Of a DNA stretch of 52,585 nt, positions 16,651 through 25,696 are shown piece by piece. A program made the position numbers and the translations under genes. The notes below the pieces were generated by a model that saw only the letters and a list, made by a program, of their open reading frames with translations, was not told the origin of the DNA and searched no databases. Location: contig CAZLVB010000002.1 of NCBI GenBank assembly GCA_964562855.1, forward strand, positions 1 to 52,585, given 5' to 3'. The DNA comes from an uncultured Gammaproteobacteria bacterium. Lineage in GTDB: Bacteria; Patescibacteriota; Microgenomatia; Curtissbacterales; GWA2-41-24. Numbering within the stretch: the first letter of the stretch is position 1; every line of letters starts with the position of its first letter.

Positions 16651-17793
16651 CTATAGATAATCCCGCAGCTTCTTAGCCCGTGTGGGATGGCGCAATTTTC
16701 TGATCGCTTTGGCTTCGATCTGCCGGATTCGCTCCCGAGTCACTCCAAATTCTTTGCCAACCTCCTCTAAGGTTCGCTGTTTACCGTCTTCAAGGCCAAA
16801 ACGATACTCCAAAACCTTGGCCTCTCTTGGCGAAAGAGTTTCCAGAACTTCCCTTATATGGTCTTTTAAAAGCGCTGCGGTTGCCTGGTCTGTCGGTGAA
16901 GCCGACGCATCCTGGATAAAATCTCCGAGTCTCGAATCCTCTTCCTCGCCAACGGGTGCTTCCAAAGAAGCCGGCTCCTGGGAAACCTTGATGATTTCGC
17001 GCACTTTGTCAACACCAATATCCATTTCCACAGCCACTTCTTCAGGCAAAGGCTCTCTTCCCAATTCCTGCATTAATTTTCGCGAAATCCTATTGAATTT
17101 ATTGATTGTCTCTACCATATGGACAGGAATACGAATCGTTCTTGCCTGATCGGCAATGGCGCGTGTTATCGCCTGTCTAATCCACCATGTCGCATAAGTT
17201 GAAAACTTGTAGCCGCGGCGCCAGTCATATTTCATCACTGCTCGCATCAGGCCGATATTTCCTTCCTCGATAAGGTCCAGGAGCGTCAGGCCCCGGTTAA
17301 CGTATTTTTTGGCGATCGAAACCACCAGCCGCAAATTGGCATTAATCAATCTTTCCCGGGCTTTTCTATCGCTCTTTTCGACTCTTTTTGCCAAAGCGAC
17401 TTCTTCCTCGTAGGTTAAAAGCGGCACCCTGCCGATTTCCCGCAGATACATCCTTACAGGATCGGAAAGATAGCCCTCTTCGAGCGTTGCCAGTCTCTCC
17501 AGCTCTTTTTCAAGTTCACTAACAGATTTGGAAATCTCCGCCGAATCAAGCTCGGTCGTATCAAACACATCTACTTTTTCATTCAAAAGTTTTAAATAAA
17601 GTTCGTCGATTTCGCCGATATGATTTTCCGGTTCGGGAAAAATCGCCAGAATTTCGTCTTGAGTAACAAATCCCTGTTCTTTGCCGCGCTTGATTAATTT
17701 TCTAAGCTCCACTTTCACATCGATCTTTTTTTGCGCTTTTTGCTGATCGTTTTTTTCAGATTCTGTCACTTTCTCATGTGTCTTTTTGTTCAT
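16651..17793 (-). CDS. rpoD: RNA polymerase primary sigma factor
   Basis: [75 protein letters not shown]. Confidence 0.98.
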   Translation of the reverse strand: MNKKTHEKVTESEKNDQQKAQKKIDVKVELRKLIKRGKEQGFVTQDEILAIFPEPENHIGEIDELYLKLLNEKVDVFDTTELDSAEISKSVSELEKELERLATLEEGYLSDPVRMYLREIGRVPLLTYEEEVALAKRVEKSDRKARERLINANLRLVVSIAKKYVNRGLTLLDLIEEGNIGLMRAVMKYDWRRGYKFSTYATWWIRQAITRAIADQARTIRIPVHMVETINKFNRISRKLMQELGREPLPEEVAVEMDIGVDKVREIIKVSQEPASLEAPVGEEEDSRLGDFIQDASASPTDQATAALLKDHIREVLETLSPREAKVLEYRFGLEDGKQRTLEEVGKEFGVTRERIRQIEAKAIRKLRHPTRAKKLRDYL

Positions 17794-19577
17794 GACTCCT
17801 GCTCCTTTAAAAGTTTCGAAAGCTCGTCGAATTTTTCGGTTAATTTATTAATATTCTTATCTTCTTTTGCCTTCTGAGCCAGTTTCAACTCCGCTGCGAT
17901 TGCCATAATCTGTCTTCTCAGCGAAAACTGCTTTATGCGCCTGGCGACTTTTGTTATCTCTTCCGCCCAAAACTCCTTCTCGGAAAAGATTGGGCTTACA
18001 TTAACAAGATACAAATTATCAACGAATTTATTCAAATTTTGTGGCAATTTGCTTAACAACTTTTTAACATTTCTCGTTTTCGAACCTCTAATTATAGCAT
18101 GCAGCCAACTAGAAAAGTCTCTTGCGTCTTCATTGTCAAAATCAGCTGGCGAAATTTTAGCGGTGATCTTTTCCAAAATTTCATCCTGATGCAAAATCAG
18201 GGCGCAAAAATATTCCTCAAGCACTTGTGAACTTTTGATCGACTCGGCAGCTTCAAAGCTTGCCAACTCACCCATTTTGGCACCAAAACCTCTATTTTTT
18301 TCAACGGCCGCTGCAACGAAAGAAATCTCCAAATCCAAAACTTGCGCCAATTTTTCTGTGTAATGGGCTCTTGCCAGATCATCTGAAATTTTGGATATGG
18401 GACCAATTGTTTCCTGTCCGATTTTCTTCTTGCCGGCGGCCGTTTTCGGGTCATTGCGGCGGATTGCCGATTCGATCAAATAGTCATAAATGTCTGCCGC
18501 TTCAGAAAGTGCCTTTTTAAATCCGGCAGTATCGGCTCGTACAAATTCGTCGGGATCTTTGTACTTGCCCAGATCTACAACCTTGATATCGACACCTGCC
18601 AAGTCCAAAAGCTCAATGCCCCGGTGGGCGGCCGCATCGCCGGCAATATCCGCATCAAAGCAAAGAATTACGTTTTGACAAAGACGCGAAAGCAAAGCCA
18701 CCTGTCTTTCGGAAAAAGCAGTCCCTTTACTAGCCACAACGTTGCCAACACCAGCCTGAAACAGCGACAAAACATCAAATTCACCCTCAACCAAAACTGC
18801 CTCGTTTTTCTTCTTGATGGCTTCGCGGGCAACATCCAAACCAAATAAAATCGCTCCTTTGGTAAAAATCGGCGTTTCCGGCGAGTTGACGTATTTTGGC
18901 TCATCCTTTTTATCAACAATCGTCCTTGCCGAAAAACCCAAGATCTGGCCTCGCCCATCCGAAAGCGGGAAGACGATTCGATCTCGAAAACGGTCGTAGT
19001 AGCCGCCCGGCGCGCTGCCTCTTCTTGCTTCCCTGGCAACTACTAGACCACCAGTGGCAATGTCGGCAAGGGCAAAATTTCGTTTGGTCAAAAAGGACAA
19101 CAAATTCTCCCAGCCTGCGGGTGCGTATCCTAGCCTGAATTCTTCCAAAATGCTTTTTTTAATGCCCCGTTCGGCAAGATAATCTCTGGCTTTTGCACCG
19201 GCCGGATGAGCCACTAGAAGGTGACTATAAAATTTTGCGGCCAGTTTATTAATCTCCATTAATTTTTCCTTTAATTTCGAAGTGCCGGTTGGCGCAAAAG
19301 AAGTCAGCTTGACGCCGGCACGCTTCGCTAGCTCCTCCAGGGTTTCGCGAAAATCCCAGCCTTCCATTTTCTCCAAAAATGTAAAGACGTCGCCACTCTC
19401 ATTACACCCAAAGCACTTAAAAACCTGCCGCTCCGGCGAAATCATAAAGGAAGGTGTTTTTTCGCCGTGAAACGGGCAAAGCGCACTAAAATTCCGTCCG
19501 GATTTTTTTAGAGGAAAATAGGAAGACGCAACCTCTACAATATCAACCCTACTCTTAACTTCGTCAACTTGATCCAT
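17790..19577 (-). CDS. dnaG: DNA primase
   Basis: CHC2 Zn finger (CPFH..KTPSF..CFGC), [37 protein letters not shown]. Confidence 0.98.
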   Translation of the reverse strand: MDQVDEVKSRVDIVEVASSYFPLKKSGRNFSALCPFHGEKTPSFMISPERQVFKCFGCNESGDVFTFLEKMEGWDFRETLEELAKRAGVKLTSFAPTGTSKLKEKLMEINKLAAKFYSHLLVAHPAGAKARDYLAERGIKKSILEEFRLGYAPAGWENLLSFLTKRNFALADIATGGLVVAREARRGSAPGGYYDRFRDRIVFPLSDGRGQILGFSARTIVDKKDEPKYVNSPETPIFTKGAILFGLDVAREAIKKKNEAVLVEGEFDVLSLFQAGVGNVVASKGTAFSERQVALLSRLCQNVILCFDADIAGDAAAHRGIELLDLAGVDIKVVDLGKYKDPDEFVRADTAGFKKALSEAADIYDYLIESAIRRNDPKTAAGKKKIGQETIGPISKISDDLARAHYTEKLAQVLDLEISFVAAAVEKNRGFGAKMGELASFEAAESIKSSQVLEEYFCALILHQDEILEKITAKISPADFDNEDARDFSSWLHAIIRGSKTRNVKKLLSKLPQNLNKFVDNLYLVNVSPIFSEKEFWAEEITKVARRIKQFSLRRQIMAIAAELKLAQKAKEDKNINKLTEKFDELSKLLKEQES

Positions 19578-19637
19578 GCCAGATCTGTATAATACTTCTT
19601 TTAAGCGAAGTCAAAGGATTATATAATATTGACCCAA

Positions 19638-19724
19638 GGAGAGGTGCTAGAGTGGACGATTAGGCAGACCTGGAAAGTCTGTATAGCCGCAAGGTTATCG
19701 AGGGTTCGAATCCCTCCCTCTCCG
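19638..19724 (+). tRNA. tRNA-Ser(GGA)
   Basis: GGAGAGG acceptor, anticodon arm CAGAC-CTGGAAA-GTCTG, long variable arm, GGTTCGAATCC. Confidence 0.95.
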
Positions 19725-19767
19725 CAGTTTTTGGCTTTCGATATTTCGGAAGACAAAAAGTGTTGAG

Positions 19768-19846
19768 GGAGAGGCAAGAATCCTTCAGGGTTCGTTTATA
19801 ACGAAGTTATACTATTCCGAAGGAATACATCCCTCCCTCTCCGCCA
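19768..19846 (+). other. tRNA-Ser-like mini element (acceptor stem + interrupted T-arm + CCA)
   Basis: GGAGAGG ... CAGGGTTCG [two hairpins] ATCCCTC CCTCTCC G CCA. Its 3' 16 nt duplicate the tRNA-Ser(GGA) end. Confidence 0.6.
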
Positions 19847-19852
19847 CGTAAT

Positions 19853-20212
19853 ATGAATTTCGTGCCTTTTGTAGAAACAGCAATCGCCAGTTTTCTTTCC
19901 TGGATAATAGTTTTAGCATTCCTTTCCAAACTTATGTCGCTACCTCGACTAAGTTTTGTAATTTCCCATTACTTATTGAACATTTTGATCTTCGGAATTG
20001 TTTTTAGCGCTCTCTATAAATTCACTAAGCCCCTTTCTCCTTTCACCACTATGGCGACTGCAATGGTTACCCTATTTGCGGTAGAATTTATTTTCTGGAA
20101 GTTTATTTACACCGGAAAAATCTGGTTTCTGAATTTTTTTGACTGGATCTTACCGGCTTTTCTAGTTGCCTCAACTATCTATCTGGTTGGATTGTACTTT
20201 AAAGGTTCTTAA
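19853..20212 (+). CDS. Four-TM hypothetical membrane protein
   Basis: Four hydrophobic segments, ATG start. Confidence 0.65.
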   Translation: MNFVPFVETAIASFLSWIIVLAFLSKLMSLPRLSFVISHYLLNILIFGIVFSALYKFTKPLSPFTTMATAMVTLFAVEFIFWKFIYTGKIWFLNFFDWILPAFLVASTIYLVGLYFKGS

Positions 20213-20639
20213 TTTTATCCTTTGCCTGTCCCCAAAGTTTTTTTGTATCTTTAAAAGTCAGCTGATCTTCAACCTCGTCAATCGGCAGCCATTTCATATC
20301 ACTGACTTCAAACGCAGTCGAGGCCTCGCCGCGGCCGACGTATTTCATCAGAAAAAAAACAACTGTTTTAAAAACTTTTTCCTTGTCCTCATAGTAAAAA
20401 TAACGAGTTTCCCCAACCCGCTCGATAATCTCCGCTTTTACTCCCGTCTCCTCTTCCACTTCCCGAACGGCAGTCTGCTCTTCAGATTCATAAATTTCCC
20501 GATGACCTTTGGGAAAATCCCAACCCTTATGCTTTGAATGTTGGGTTACTAGAACCTTTGGCTCATTTGACTCTTTTGAACCGTTTGTCTCTTTTTTAAC
20601 AACGATTCCGCCCGCTGAAAAGATCCTCTTGATAGGCAT
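20199..20639 (-). CDS. NUDIX hydrolase
   Basis: Nudix box WDFPKGH.E..ESEEQTAVREVEEETG. Confidence 0.93.
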   Translation of the reverse strand: MPIKRIFSAGGIVVKKETNGSKESNEPKVLVTQHSKHKGWDFPKGHREIYESEEQTAVREVEEETGVKAEIIERVGETRYFYYEDKEKVFKTVVFFLMKYVGRGEASTAFEVSDMKWLPIDEVEDQLTFKDTKKLWGQAKDKIKNL

Positions 20640-20643
20640 GAGG

Positions 20644-20730
20644 CGGAGGAGAGAGGATTCGAACCCCTGATGACGTTTCCGCCATACTCGTTTTCGAAAC
20701 GAGCCCGTTAAACCGCTCCGGCACTCCTCC
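20644..20730 (-). tRNA. tRNA-Ser(CGA)
   Basis: Anticodon arm CTCGT-TTCGAAA-ACGAG, long variable arm, GGTTCGAATCC. Confidence 0.95.
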
Positions 20731-20735
20731 TCTTG

Positions 20736-20809
20736 TACGCCCGACAGGATTCGAACCTGTGACCTTCAGCTCCGCAAGCCGACGTTCTGTCCAACTGAAC
20801 TACGGGCGC
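20736..20809 (-). tRNA. tRNA-Arg(GCG)
   Basis: Anticodon arm TCGGC-TTGCGGA-GCTGA, T-arm ACAGGTTCGAATCCTGT. Confidence 0.92.
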
Positions 20810-20894
20810 AAAGTGACGTAATTATAACTCAGTCAGGAATGTTTTTCGAAGCTTTTGATACTTCTGGTACTTTTGGTACCTGTGGTACTTTCAT

Positions 20895-21470
20895 TCAGTC
20901 GAAGTTGATGCGTTTCTGCAGTGATTGGGCCCATTTGTCAAAAAGGGTATGGACCGGAGCCGGATGGTAATGAAGGTGTTTTTCGATAACATCGAGTAAA
21001 GTCCGCTCTGTCACATTAGATAAAAGAATAATCAGCCTTGTAGGAAAATGCAGATTGGTCTGCACCATTAAAAGCCTGTCATCGCCTCGCTTCTCAAACC
21101 AGAATGAATCAAGTTCTTCCCATAAAAAGGCCCGGCCGCCGGAAATAATGCCCATATTGGTCACTTTGTGCTCGATAACATCCGGCTGGGCCGTTGCCAG
21201 AACAAAAGCCACAAAAACCACGGCAATGATTACACCAACCAGGAAAAATTCGCCAAAAGCAATAGCCGCCAAAACAAAGATCAAGCCGTAAAGCGTCACT
21301 TTGGTAAAGTATCTTTTAGATCTGGCCTTAAAAATTCTGACCGGAGATTTCCAGGAAACTATTGCCTTTGCCTCCAGTGCCGCTACGTGCTTGGCATCCA
21401 GCTCTTCCTTTGTTAAAAGAACCCCTTTGTGGTGGTCTATGTGATGCTCGCTTTTTCGAAACGTCGGCAT
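20895..21470 (-). CDS. Two-TM protein with a PH-like C-terminal domain
   Basis: W..P.R.FK.RS, TM hairpin, then G..F.WEELDSFWF. Typical conserved CPR hypothetical. Confidence 0.7.
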   Translation of the reverse strand: MPTFRKSEHHIDHHKGVLLTKEELDAKHVAALEAKAIVSWKSPVRIFKARSKRYFTKVTLYGLIFVLAAIAFGEFFLVGVIIAVVFVAFVLATAQPDVIEHKVTNMGIISGGRAFLWEELDSFWFEKRGDDRLLMVQTNLHFPTRLIILLSNVTERTLLDVIEKHLHYHPAPVHTLFDKWAQSLQKRINFD

Positions 21471-21642
21471 TTGGGCAGAGGAATACTCTAACTACCAGTT
21501 TATCATAAAGAAACTGAGGGATCTCAGTCTTTTTCTAGAATCTCAAAATTGCAAAGCAATTTTGAAAAGGAGCAACAGACTTATTGTGAAGCATTTTTGT
21601 GAATATAAAAATACGGAATATTAAAGTCTAGTTGCGACGCGG

Positions 21643-21729
21643 CGGTGGGGGTGGGATTCGAACCCACGATGACATTGCTGCCACAATCGTTTTCAAGACG
21701 ATCCGATTCAACCACTCTCGCACCCCACC
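21643..21729 (-). tRNA. tRNA-Ser(TGA)
   Basis: Anticodon arm ATCGT-CTTGAAA-ACGAT, long variable arm, GGGTTCGAATCCC. Confidence 0.95.
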
Positions 21730-21808
21730 AGAATTAAGTCTAATTTTAACAGACTCAATGGTCATTTACCATAATTTTAGCTATAATTATTGCAGAGTGG
21801 CTTAGTAA

Positions 21809-22543
21809 ATGATAATAGGTTTTTGCAAAAATTGTAGAAGAAAATTTAGAAAGAGAGAAACTAAATATAAATTCTGCTCCTTAAAATGCGCAAACAGCTA
21901 TAACAGGAACGGTTTAAGCTTGGTCCACTTACCAAAACACAATTCTGATTTGGCTGAGTTTATAGGGGTTTGTCTCGGCGATGGCTGCACATCTAGATTT
22001 CAGGTGACAGTCTTTCTTAATTCGATAGCTGATAAAGAATACATCTTTTGCATTATCAGCTTAATTAAAAGATTGTTCCCAGGAGCAACAACCTCTGTTT
22101 TTAAAAGAAAAAACTACAATATGGTTGATATCAAGATTAATTCAGTTACAGTCTCTCAGTTTATGAAGAAAAACGGCATAGTTTCAAACGCCAAGTTTAT
22201 ACCTAACTGGATTCTTAAAAGACCAATTTATATTAAATCATGTATACGGGGCCTATTTGATACTGAAGGAAGTATATCGTTTAAACAATACGAGTCTAGA
22301 TTAGGGGTAAGTTTATATAAGCAACTTAACTTTAGGAACAATGACATTCAGTTAATGACATTTGTAAGAGACAATCTTCTGAAATTAGATTTCAAGCCTA
22401 CGGTTACATTAAAACAATCTTTATATTTGAGTACTCATGAAGGAATTAATAAATTCTCAAAATTAATTGGCTTCAGTAATCCGAAGCTAAATGCAAGGAG
22501 CAAGATCGAAACCATTGAACAGTATCACAGGTTTTTCCGTTAA
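21809..22543 (+). CDS. Free-standing double-LAGLIDADG endonuclease-like protein with N-terminal Zn finger
   Basis: LAEFIGVCLGDG and CIRGLFDTEGS motifs. N-terminal CKNC...FCSLKC. No intein or intron context visible. Confidence 0.85.
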   Translation: MIIGFCKNCRRKFRKRETKYKFCSLKCANSYNRNGLSLVHLPKHNSDLAEFIGVCLGDGCTSRFQVTVFLNSIADKEYIFCIISLIKRLFPGATTSVFKRKNYNMVDIKINSVTVSQFMKKNGIVSNAKFIPNWILKRPIYIKSCIRGLFDTEGSISFKQYESRLGVSLYKQLNFRNNDIQLMTFVRDNLLKLDFKPTVTLKQSLYLSTHEGINKFSKLIGFSNPKLNARSKIETIEQYHRFFR

Positions 22544-22550
22544 CCTTGTA

Positions 22551-22626
22551 CGGTGGGTACAGGATGTTCACTCCGTGAAGAACAGTGCCTTTCAGTTGCA
22601 CTATTTACGAACCTGTAAACTTCACC
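22551..22626 (-). other. Second tRNA-like mini element with interrupted T-arm
   Basis: GGTGAAG TTT ACAGGTTCG [two hairpins] ATCCTGT ACCCACCG, 8 nt downstream of tRNA-Ser(GCT). Confidence 0.55.
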
Positions 22627-22634
22627 TGTACTTG

Positions 22635-22721
22635 CGGAGGAGGTGGGATTCGAACCCACGTGAGCCTTACGACTCAAGAGATTAGCAATCTCCCGCAATG
22701 GACCAACTATGCGACTCCTCC
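22635..22721 (-). tRNA. tRNA-Ser(GCT)
   Basis: Anticodon arm GGAGA-TTGCTAA-TCTCT, long variable arm, GGGTTCGAATCCC. Confidence 0.95.
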
Positions 22722-22760
22722 AAAAAACATGTTCGTCTTGCCACCAAAAGCTTGAATATT

Positions 22761-23953
22761 TTAACCTAACCAGTACCAATTAACAAACAGGATTGAAGCA
22801 GCAAAAAGTCCAATTAAAAACATGCACAAAACAATAAAGTAGCTGATTTTCTTTAAAATGTGGGCCAGGTAAATAAAAACGGGGAAAGCAACAATCTGAT
22901 ATCTGGTGTATGACATGGTATCTGTAACTAATAGTGGTGTCAGCCACAGTAAAAAACTCATCCACCAAAGCTTATATCCCAGAAATTTTTTACTCTTAAA
23001 CAAAAGCAAAAGCAAAAGAATAACCGTCAAATAATCAATCATTGAATAGTGAAAAGAGTGAAGTGGCAGTGCCGGAATATAAAAGAGCAGCGCAAAATTC
23101 CAAAGCAGAGGAGAGAGAGGAAAATACGTCTTGAACCACTCACTGCGTATACTGTAGAAGTACAAAGGGTTACCGGTGTAGATATAATTAAACACGATCC
23201 ATAACAAAAACGGGGTAAAAATGATCGCCAGTAAGACCATCAAATCCTTTTTAAGGAATTTCTTCGGTTTAGCTTCCCGAAAATAGGTATAGAAAAATAA
23301 AACTGTTAATAGGATAATATTGCCTCTCGTAATATTTAAAAAAGATAAAAAGATTGCCGATTTTACCCATCGCTTCTTAATTAGAAAATAACTAAACCAG
23401 ATTAGCAGAAACAGTTGTAACCCTTCCGTAAAATAACTTCTAAAAAAATTGCGAATGGGAAAGCAAATATTAAAAAAATAGATTTAAGGGCAAGATCCTT
23501 TGAAAATAATTTTCCGATAACGTAATACAAGCCAAAAAAGTTCAGCACTAAAAGCAGATTGGCAACAACAAATGCTGTCAACTCAATATTGCCAAAGAGC
23601 ATGTTAAACAAAAAAAGAGTAAGTGGATACAAAGGGAAAAATGCATATGTTAAACCATCTATGGCGCCTTTATCCCGTATCTCTCTAGTCTGAGGATTTT
23701 TTGGATAACCTACGCTTGCAATCTTCAAGTACCATTGGGCATCATACTGTCCCAAGGCTCTCAAAAAATTAAAAGAGCCGCCACTAATACGTTCATCTTG
23801 AAAATAATGGTGAGCACTATACTGATAGTTAAAACGGTTGAATTTTATAATTTGATTGAAATTTTGAATGAAAAGATAAAGCACAGAGTTGAAAAGTATA
23901 AAGAAGCACAAGTACAACAATAAAACTTTATTCTTTTTAATCAATGCCATCAT
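22761..23953 (-). pseudogene. PIG-V-like GT-C mannosyltransferase split by a 1-nt frameshift (or homopolymer error)
   Basis: QYDAQWYLKIA..GY, AFFPLYP. Adding one base to the A7 run at 23442-23448 gives FPFAIFFRSYFTEGL and reads through into ORF 22761..23243. Confidence 0.8.
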
Positions 23954-23965
23954 TATCGATTTTTC

Positions 23966-24664
23966 CTATCCCAAAGCCACCGCACAAGCCCAAACAGCTT
24001 TTGCACCAGCTCTTTTTAAAACCTTTGCACACTCGGCCATTGTCGCGCCGCTGGTAAAAACATCATCAACCAAAATTATGTTCATGCCGGCAACGTCAGA
24101 TCCTGAATCAAGTTCAGGATAACGGGCGGGGTGTATCGCAAAAGCTCCTCGCACATTCTTGTGTCTGTCATCCTTTTTTAAACCGACCTGACTTTTTGTT
24201 TCGCTGATACGTATCATCGTATCGGCAATCGGCACATTAAATTTTTTGGCCAACAGTTCTGCTAAAACCCTCGCTTGATTAAACCCTCGCCATTTTTCTC
24301 TTTTTGGATGTAGAGGAACGGGCGTTAATAAAAGGTCAGTCGGCAAATCAAAACGCCAAATATTTTCTACAACCAGGTCGGTCATCAACTTGCCAATGTC
24401 ATACACCCACTTGTATTTAACCTTGGCAATCGCTTTCTTGACCGTACCTTGATAACGGCAGGCAACTGCCAAACCGTCAAGGCCATATTTCGTCACACAG
24501 CCGGGGTGAGTCTTGCCGCCGATAGCCTGTCTTTGGCAAACGGGACAAACAGGCTTCTCGATATATTCAATTTTCGAAAGGCAATCGCGGCACAAATAGC
24601 TGCCGACTTTACCACAGGAAACGCATCTTTTGGGAAATATTAAGTCCAGGGGAGAAAAAGGCAT
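23966..24664 (-). CDS. comF: ComF-family phosphoribosyltransferase-like competence protein
   Basis: Double Zn ribbon, PVPLH..RE.WRGFNQA, ILVDDVFTSGATM. Confidence 0.93.
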   Translation of the reverse strand: MPFSPLDLIFPKRCVSCGKVGSYLCRDCLSKIEYIEKPVCPVCQRQAIGGKTHPGCVTKYGLDGLAVACRYQGTVKKAIAKVKYKWVYDIGKLMTDLVVENIWRFDLPTDLLLTPVPLHPKREKWRGFNQARVLAELLAKKFNVPIADTMIRISETKSQVGLKKDDRHKNVRGAFAIHPARYPELDSGSDVAGMNIILVDDVFTSGATMAECAKVLKRAGAKAVWACAVALG

Positions 24665-24685
24665 CTTCTGATATCATTATGCATA

Positions 24686-25126
24686 ATGAGAATCGTAAAT
24701 CGCAAAGCCTTCCATAGATATCAAATTCTGGAAAAAGTCGAGGCGGGGATCGCACTTCGCGGCGCCGAAATTAAATCAATCAGGGCAGGCAGGGCCAATA
24801 TCAGCGAATCTTTCGCCAGGACAAGAGACGAGGAAGTTTATCTTCTAAATGCCCACATTTATCCGTGGATGGGCTCGCAAAAATATACAGACGAAAGACG
24901 CGAGCGCAAACTTTTACTTCACAGAAAACAGATCTTGAACTGGCAGGGCAAAATCGCCGGCGGCAACTTAACAATTGTGCCTTTGTCAATTTACATTAAA
25001 CACAATCTGGCCAAAGTCGAGTTGGGCTTAGCCAAATCAAAAGCCAAATTCGACAAACGCGCTGCTTTGAAGAAGAAAACGATCGAGCGGGAAGTCGCCC
25101 GCCAGCTTAGAGGCGACAAAGATTGA
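24686..25126 (+). CDS. smpB: SsrA-binding protein
   Basis: NRKAFHRY, EAGIAL.G.EIKSIR, RKLLLH, DKRAALK. Adjacent to tmRNA. Confidence 0.97.
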   Translation: MRIVNRKAFHRYQILEKVEAGIALRGAEIKSIRAGRANISESFARTRDEEVYLLNAHIYPWMGSQKYTDERRERKLLLHRKQILNWQGKIAGGNLTIVPLSIYIKHNLAKVELGLAKSKAKFDKRAALKKKTIEREVARQLRGDKD

Positions 25127-25265
25127 ATCCAAAGCTGGTTTCTGCTAAAATTCACTCTTGCCATTTATCAAAATCCTCAGGATTTTGAAGAGGAGAAACA
25201 AACTTGCGATAAGATTTTAGTTTTAGCTAAAATCGGAAAGCAAAGTTTCGTTTCGACGACGACGC

Positions 25266-25691
25266 GGGGATGTATCGTTTCGACAGGATAGCTCTTTAAA
25301 AACCGCAAGCCGAATATGATTCTAAAGTGCGCAGTCTTTGAATCAAACTTACGTGCAAAGAACAAACTTGCACAACTGGCTGATGCCGTTTTCGGCGTCA
25401 GGCAGCCAGCTTACGCTTTTGCTGCATAAGCAAGCTTGAGCTTGTCTCTCTGGCTTTTTCTCGGTGAAGCTTTTTGAGGCACAAACTTAGCCGAGAGTAG
25501 GTCTTCAGCCTTGATCAGGCTTCAGACTGAAACTGCCGATCTTTGTTTGAATTTAGCCTGTTAATCGGCCACAAATTTAAACGAGAATTTATAGATTCCC
25601 GCCATAGGCGGGTCAGCCTCTGGCTGAAACTAAGCTTGTAGATGTTTTTGATTAGTTGTTCTGGACCCGAGCTCAACACTCGGCATCTCCA
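25266..25691 (+). ncRNA. ssrA: tmRNA; tag (A)AKNKLAQLADAVFGVRQPAYAFAA at about 25355-25429
   Basis: 5' GGGGATG..TTTCGAC, 3' CCGAG-CTCAACA-CTCGG CATCTCCA (G3:U pair), tag ending AA*, follows smpB. Confidence 0.92.
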
Positions 25692-25696
25692 CTTTT

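Noticed and set aside
19797-19811. loxP-like half site (ACGAAGTTAT)
   Set aside because: Only 10 nt match and there is no second arm. It is explained as a GAA-loop hairpin in the tRNA-like element
21809-22543. Intein or group I intron hosting the LAGLIDADG ORF
   Set aside because: No intein termini, both flanking tRNAs are intact, and no recognisable intron core
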